Positions 57,476-64,000 of a stretch of 64,000 nt of DNA are shown here, piece after piece (the first letter of the stretch is position 1; every line of letters starts with the position of its first letter). This stretch comes from Owenia fusiformis. Taxonomy: Eukaryota. The DNA is taken from contig CAIIXF020000001.1 of the NCBI GenBank assembly GCA_903813345.2, positions 19,964,001 to 20,028,000 on the forward strand, given 5' to 3'. Below the pieces are notes generated by a model. The model made no database searches. It was given only the letters and a program-made list of their open reading frames with translations, and was not told the origin of the DNA. The translations under genes were made by a program, and so were the position numbers.

Positions 57476-58755
57476 TTAAAAACAGCCATATGTAATATTA
57501 AATGGCTATATTCCGTCAAGAGTATTATAAAAATATATGTTCAATAATTATATTCCGTCCATCTCGTGAAAGCCCAGTCACTAATTATACTAGCACAGCA
57601 TCTGTGATATGCACATAGGGCAATATCATAATTGTACATGCAACAACAACATAGAAGTTTGTCCAATCGGAGTCTAGAGATGTTTCTTAGGGGACTCACA
57701 TTCGACTTTATCATACACATTCCTAGGCCAATAAATCACATTATGTATTTTTTAGTTGATTTGTGACTGCTAAGTTAAAATGAATATAATCTTGCATACT
57801 TATAATTAACAGGAATAATTTACAGGTTGAGTGAAATAGTTAGTAATCTTTAATGTGGATATCATTTTTACACTCACTATATATGAATGTAAATACTAGA
57901 TATAGTAGACTGAATACTGGCAATTTACTTTGTTTAATTTCTTGTATATTTGGGCAGGACCCATTGTCCCATTAACATACTGCATTAATAACATATTTCA
58001 GCATTTTCACAATCATTTATTGTATTTAATCACTTAATTGTACATTTTATTAAGAAAAAATATATTATTATTGTATAATTTCTCATAAAAATAGTTTATG
58101 TTCTATCTTTTGGTGCAAACTGGTATGTAAAAGATTGCATAAGTACCCTTAGAAAAATTGGCTTTTTATTTGGCAGATTTTTGAGAAAGTCCATCAATAT
58201 ACCATATACATGTATTATAAATATACATAAATTGATGATCTTCCACAATATTTAACTCATGAGTCCTTGACCCAGCACAAAAAGCACAGTTGTATCGTAT
58301 GATTTGTCATATTAAAATATTATGTTCTATGGGATCTGTCAAGGAGGTACATTTTTACAAAATTTTGTTCATTTAAGAATTTTGAAGTTTTGTTTCATAA
58401 TTATTACATTTTTCTGGGAGAAAAAATCCTTGAAACCATGCAGCTAGCTTGATTTAAATAAAAAATGAGAACTAGAACATTATAATGTCAACAGGAATAT
58501 TCAAAATAATTTGCACACAATTCACCATTAGTTTTTATGTGGACTAAAATAATGTTATATTTGAGATTTTTTTGAAAGGGCTACATTCAAAGTACAGGAT
58601 CTTTTGTGTTTATATATAGTGCTTTTATATGAAAGTGTCAACTGTAATTCACCTGAGCAAATGTCAAAACCCCCAATGATGTCATGACGATACACTTCAA
58701 TGCATTTGTGTTTTGACTAGTTGTTCTAGTTTCAATGAAGAAGTTTATTGTTATG

Positions 58756-61546
58756 TTACATTGGAAAGCATGTGTTGGCAACTTTCATCATGGCACATGC
58801 AAAATATCTAATCCCACTTGCTGTGAACCTTTTATCACTCCAGCCCATAGTCATTAAATCCAGCCTCTGTAACTGGTCATGGTCAGTGTCATCTTCAAAT
58901 GAATGACCGCCGAATAGGTACACCTTGTTTTTGTGGAAGACATGTGACATACAACTGGCTGGGTAGGGGATGGTGGATATACTTGTCCATTGGTCACTTG
59001 CTGGGTCATAAAGCTCACATTCCTGAAAGACAAGATTTTATTGGTCAGCCATTTCATTGATTTCCTCAACTCCATTTGTCAATTTCATATACCAGGTCAA
59101 TCAATAAATTCTGAGAAAATGGCTCAGACTAAGAGTTTCGTGACATTTTTCTCAAAGTTTTCACAGGAGGTTCTTGATAAAATCTTGAATAAGAAGGTGA
59201 AAATAATTAGAATGTTAAAATTTCAGGTAGAAAGTCATTTAACTCTTAATCTAGGAGACTATTCTCAGAACTCATTAATCGACCTGGTATATGTAAGCAC
59301 TTGAGACAAAGACAATGTATAATCGTACACTGAATATGGCATTTATAAAAAAATGAACAATGTATTATCTGATCTTATCATGAATGGACAAGTTTGTACA
59401 ATCATACAAAAATAAAAACTTAAAATATTATCAGCATATACCTTTACATCTTCAAATTCCCCATCACCAACATAATTCACTCCTCCAATCACCATTATTC
59501 CTGTTGCTATGGAGATCATGCTGTGGTAACTTCTGGCTCTATGCATGGGTGAACAAGGAGTGCAAGCAGTGTCGAGTTTAAACACACAATCTAGATGACC
59601 AGCATCAGGGCCTTTGTAGCCTCCACTTGTGTATATAGTCCCATTGTAAACACATGCTTAAAGTAACAAAAAACATGCAAATAAGTTCAACATAAACAAG
59701 ACTTCAAAATATCCAATGTAAATGATTGGTTATTCCATGGGCTGTCAAGAGAAAGCCCATGCTTACTTATTCCTTCAACAACAAACAATATAAATTACGT
59801 ATTCTCTCTCTACCTGCATGCTCATGAAGCCCTTTGGGGAATGTTAAGTGTGGAAGTTCAGTCCATGTATCTTCTATAGGGTCATAAACTTCAGTCTTTT
59901 TGGTTGTAGTACCTGGGCCTATCCACCCTGCCATCGCATACAGTTTCTTGTCAAGTTCAACCATTGCAAACAAACTTCTGGCTGTTTTCATAGGGCTTAT
60001 CTGAAAAATGCCAATATGTATTTTCAAAAGCGAGCATCAGTATTTCATACCATTTTTGATGCAATTACAAGTCTGTTAAATAATGCATTCATCTGTGAAT
60101 TTTTTTGATATTTCAGAATAAAAATTTAATAAAAACTCTGGTGGTTTGGACTTTACAAAAAAATATTTTCAAAATTAAGTACTATTCTAGTAATGAACCT
60201 ACCTCTTTCCATTGTAGTTTTACTTGTGATCTTTTACCCTGCAGTGGCATGTAGTTTGAGTGAGAGATAACAGGATTGAACCTGTATGCAGTGTTCACAG
60301 TATTCCAGCCATGTTTAGAATATGCAGTTTGACCCCCAACAACATACACTATATTGTCTATTACACATACACAATGTTCACATAATGACTTTGGTAATTT
60401 TTCTTTCATGAAACCGTGTATCACAATTGTGTTATTGTCAGTTGGAAATGATTTTTCAACTGTTTTAGGTGTGTCATTTAGCCTACTCTCAGTAGATGTT
60501 TCAAATGCTGCCTCCAGTTTTTCAATACCCAGAATTTGCACTCGATTAGTACAGGCCTCAGAGGCAGTAAATCCTCCATAGAATAATACAGCATTTTTTG
60601 AATTCCGTTCTTCAACAGTTGCATAGGGGTACTTGGAGATCATTTTATGGGGATTGTCAATGTAATCCTCCAGCTGTATGCTACTTGTGTTCAATGAATT
60701 CAAAATCATATCTCTTAGCTCTTCATCATTAATGGCTCTAACAGTTTTGTCAATTTTATTTGAAAGCGATTTGAATTCTTTGGATGTAAGCAACTGAGCA
60801 ATAAAGGGAAACCGCACAGTGTGAACTAATTCTCTTTTTGCATTATATGATGCACAAGTGACCTTTACATGTGCATCTTCAGATGAAGAACTTTCATGGA
60901 TTTGGGACATGTTGCCCGTAAACATATTTGTTAAGTCTTTATTATGGTTGGTTAACCATAAAAGTAATGCATCTAACACAATACATTCATCTTTCACTAA
61001 CAAACAGTCACTTTTCAAATATTCTTTCAATTCACTAACATCCATTTCAGTGAAAGCTTCCGTCTTACAAAATGCACTAACATTTTGAAATCTAACAAGC
61101 TCTAGCATAGAAAGCATTTCTTGTAAGTCATACTTGTTTGCAAGGAGAAACACCTTGTCATAAAATAAACTAATGTTACTATTCAGGACAGTCTCCATGC
61201 TTTTAACACATACATCTATCAGTTCTTGCATCTGTAGATAGACTGCTGCATTGAGCACATTTTCTAAATACTCAATATCCAAGTCTAGTTTTTTCCTCAG
61301 TTTATCATATGCTAAACTAGATTGTTTTGATTTGGATTCTAAGTATAAATATATGAATTTCAGGGCATTTGATGAAACTGCTTGTAAATAAATCTGTCGA
61401 TCTAAGCACTCTTTCATCCCACTGTTTAACATGCCACTAAAATAATCACTATGGTTAACAAGTTCTTCTTGTGCAAATATAAATGAATCCTTTTCTCTTG
61501 AAAGTAATTCAAGAGAATTGTCAGTTTTAAGTTCCTGAGTTGTCAT
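58756..61546 (-). CDS. Kelch-like protein (BTB-BACK-Kelch), ~670 aa, 4 coding exons
   Basis: Exons (-): 61546-60203, 60000-59814, 59656-59442, 59022-58756 (2013 nt, in phase). BTB: LVNHSDYFSGMLNSGMKE..VLNAAVYLQM. BACK: LKSDCLLVKDE..VRFP. Kelch GG repeats: VYVVGG, LYAMAG, IYTSGG, IMVIGG, VYLFGG, with ECELYDP..DQWT. In-frame TAA lies upstream of the ATG. Confidence 0.92.
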
Positions 61547-61744
61547 CTCCTGCGGCTCTTTAGAGGCTGTTAGATAGAGTTGTAAAGAGGCTCTTTTTGC
61601 ATCATTTTAGAGGAGCCTAGATATAGGCCATTTTGGTCAGTTGTATCATAACACAAGATGTAACACAATGGAAACAGTGGGCATCTCCCACCTGGAAAAT
61701 ATAAAAAGATGGTATAGATATTTAAAATATTTTCAATACTAGAT

Positions 61745-63410
61745 AAACCATCTTTTGGGACTGTCACTACAGAAATCACCTTTTTCAACAGTTATTCAGT
61801 TATTAGAGAGATCATCTTTTGAGAGAATTCACCTTTTGTGAGTGACACTCGAGAAATCACCTTTTGTGACCAAAACTAGAGATATCACCTTTTGTGACTG
61901 TCACTATAGAAATCACGTTTTGTGACCAACACTAGAGAAATCACCTGTTGGGAATGTCACTAGGGAAGTCACCTTTTGTGTCTGATACTGAAGAATCATC
62001 TTTTGCAACTGTCACTAAAGAAATCACCTTTTTTGACCAACACTAGAGACATCACTTTTTGCAACTGATACTAGAGAAATCACCTTTTGTGACTGTCACT
62101 AAAGAAATCACCTTTTGAGATCAACACTAGGGAAATCACCTTTTGGGACTGTCATTAGAGAAATCATCTTTGACTTTTGTGTCTGACACTCTAGAAATCA
62201 CCTTTTGCGACTGTCACTAAAGAAATCACCTTTTGAGACCAACACTAGAGAAATCACCTTTCGGGACTGTCACGAGAGAAATCACCTTTTGTGACCAAAA
62301 CTAATCACTTTTTGCATTTTGTGACTGTCACAAGTGAAATCACGTTGTGCAACTGATACTACAGTAATCACCTTTTGCGACTGTCACTAAAGAAATCACC
62401 TTTTGCGACCGTTACTTGAGAAATCACATTTTGTGATCAACACAAGATAAATCACCTTTTACGACTGTCACAAGAGAGATCACCTTTCGCGACTGTCACT
62501 TGAGAAATTAAATTTTGTTACCAACACGAGAGAAATCCGTTTTTGTGAATGTCACTAAAGAAATCACCTTTTGTGTCTGACACTAGAGAAATCACATTTT
62601 GTGACTATCTCTAGAGAAATCCCATTTTGTGACGAACACTAGAGAAATCACCTTTTGCAACTGTCACGAGAGAAACCACCTTTTGTGACCAAAACTTATC
62701 ACTTTTTGCGTTTTGTGACTGTCCAGGAGAAATCATGTTTTGCAACTGATACTACAGAAATCACCTTTTGTGACCAAAACTTACAACTTTTTGCGTTTTG
62801 TGACTGTCCAGGAGAAATCATGTTTTGCAACTGATACTACAGAAATCACCTTTTGTGAAACACTAGAGAAATCACCTCTTGTGACTGTTACTAGAAAAAT
62901 CACCTTTTGTGACCAACACTAGAGAAATCACCTTTTGCAACTGTCACTTGAGAAATCACCTTTTGCGACTGTCACTGGTGAAATCACATTGACCAACACT
63001 AGAGAAATCACCAACTGTCATGAGTGAAATCACCTTTTGTGACTAAAACTAGAGAAATCACATTTTGTGTCCAACACTAAAGAAATCACCTTTTGCGACT
63101 GATACTAGAAAAATCACCTTTTGTGTCCAACACTAGAGAAATCACCTTTTGCGATTCATACTACAGAAATCATCTTTTGCGATAAAATTAGAGAAATCAC
63201 CTTTTGCGACTGACACTAGAGAAATCACCTTTTGTGTCCAACACTCGAGAAATCGCCTTTTTTGTCCATCACTAGAAAAATCACCTTTTGCGACTGATAC
63301 TACAGAAATCATCTTTTGCGATGCAACTAGAGATTTGTGATTGTAAAGGAAATCACCTTTTGAGACCAACACTAGAGAAATCATCTTTTGCAACTGTCAC
63401 TAGAAATCCA
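61745..63410. repeat. ~28-bp minisatellite (roughly 55-60 copies) upstream of the Kelch coding exon
   Basis: Unit TCACTAGAGAAATCACCTTTTGYGACTG with CCAA/TGTC/TGAT variants; begins just beyond a candidate minus-strand acceptor at ~61692. Confidence 0.95.
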
Positions 63411-64000
63411 ATGTGACCAAAAGACACTCTACCCATCCTGCAATTTGCTTATTTGTCATGCATTTTCTGAAGAAATTGAAGTCAAGCCAGCCTTTTTTGC
63501 ATGACAGCAGAATATGTCATGCAGATACGCAGAATTTTTCCTTAGAAATTCATAAAGAAATACTCAAAGTGAGGTAGGCTTCTTGAAAAAACTGGAACTT
63601 GTGGAAGTGCAAAAACTTCTCTTCCTGTTTTGATATTGTGTTTTAATTCAAGTTCATAATGAGATGCTTATCATTATTTTAAGAAATATTTTATTGCTTA
63701 CATATACGGCTAAGATCGCCAAAACTCAGTTGGAGAAACAGGAGATTGATATCTTACCTTAATCTACACGAAACTTGGTATTATGAAGCAGAATAGAATA
63801 TGCAGAAAACATTATCCCAAATTATGTGCGCGATTACGTTTGTCTCTAGGTCATTCGCTATAGCGAAAACAGCTGTTTACTTTGGAAATGTTATGCCGTT
63901 TCACGAAAGCTGAGGTACACGAAATCAAGAGTTGCATTCACATGGCTTTCAAATAGTTGTCTTAGTGGCATCTGCAAGTACTTTTGTTTCTCGAAGAAGT

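Noticed and set aside
58854-59075. Apparent frameshift in the last Kelch exon
   Set aside because: Careful reading gives one continuous frame from 59022 (ECELYDPASDQWTSISTIPYPASCMSHVFHKNKVYLFGG); the listed ORF is an alternative frame.

Overview
AT-rich eukaryotic (animal, probably invertebrate) genomic DNA with short GT-AG exons and many transposon-derived repeats; the species cannot be named from the sequence. Four host genes were assembled by hand: (1) the 3' seven exons of a type-B carboxylesterase/cholinesterase-family gene with an intact Ser-Glu-His triad and a C-terminal transmembrane helix (+, 868-10341); (2) a complete thiamin pyrophosphokinase TPK1 (-, 27892-33710); (3) a small LRR + LRRcap protein ending in a CaaX box (+, 51755-57127); (4) a BTB-BACK-Kelch protein (-, 58756-61546). 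The main finding is a full-length, apparently intact ~6.3-kb L1/Tx1-type LINE (-, 16602-22899, 12-bp TSD, poly(A) tail). Its ORF1 carries a C-terminal NADAR/YbiA-like domain with several diverged motif residues, and its ORF2 lacks an in-frame ATG ahead of the endonuclease. A second notable feature is an inverted duplication of a ZNF143/YY1/CCAAT-type bidirectional promoter-like segment that includes splice donors on both sides (47871-48336 vs 50066-50700). The remainder comprises nested non-autonomous DNA transposons (piggyBac-, Kolobok-, Tc1/mariner- and Helentron/HINE-like), LINE fragments and several minisatellites. All calls come from reading motifs by eye; no searches were run.
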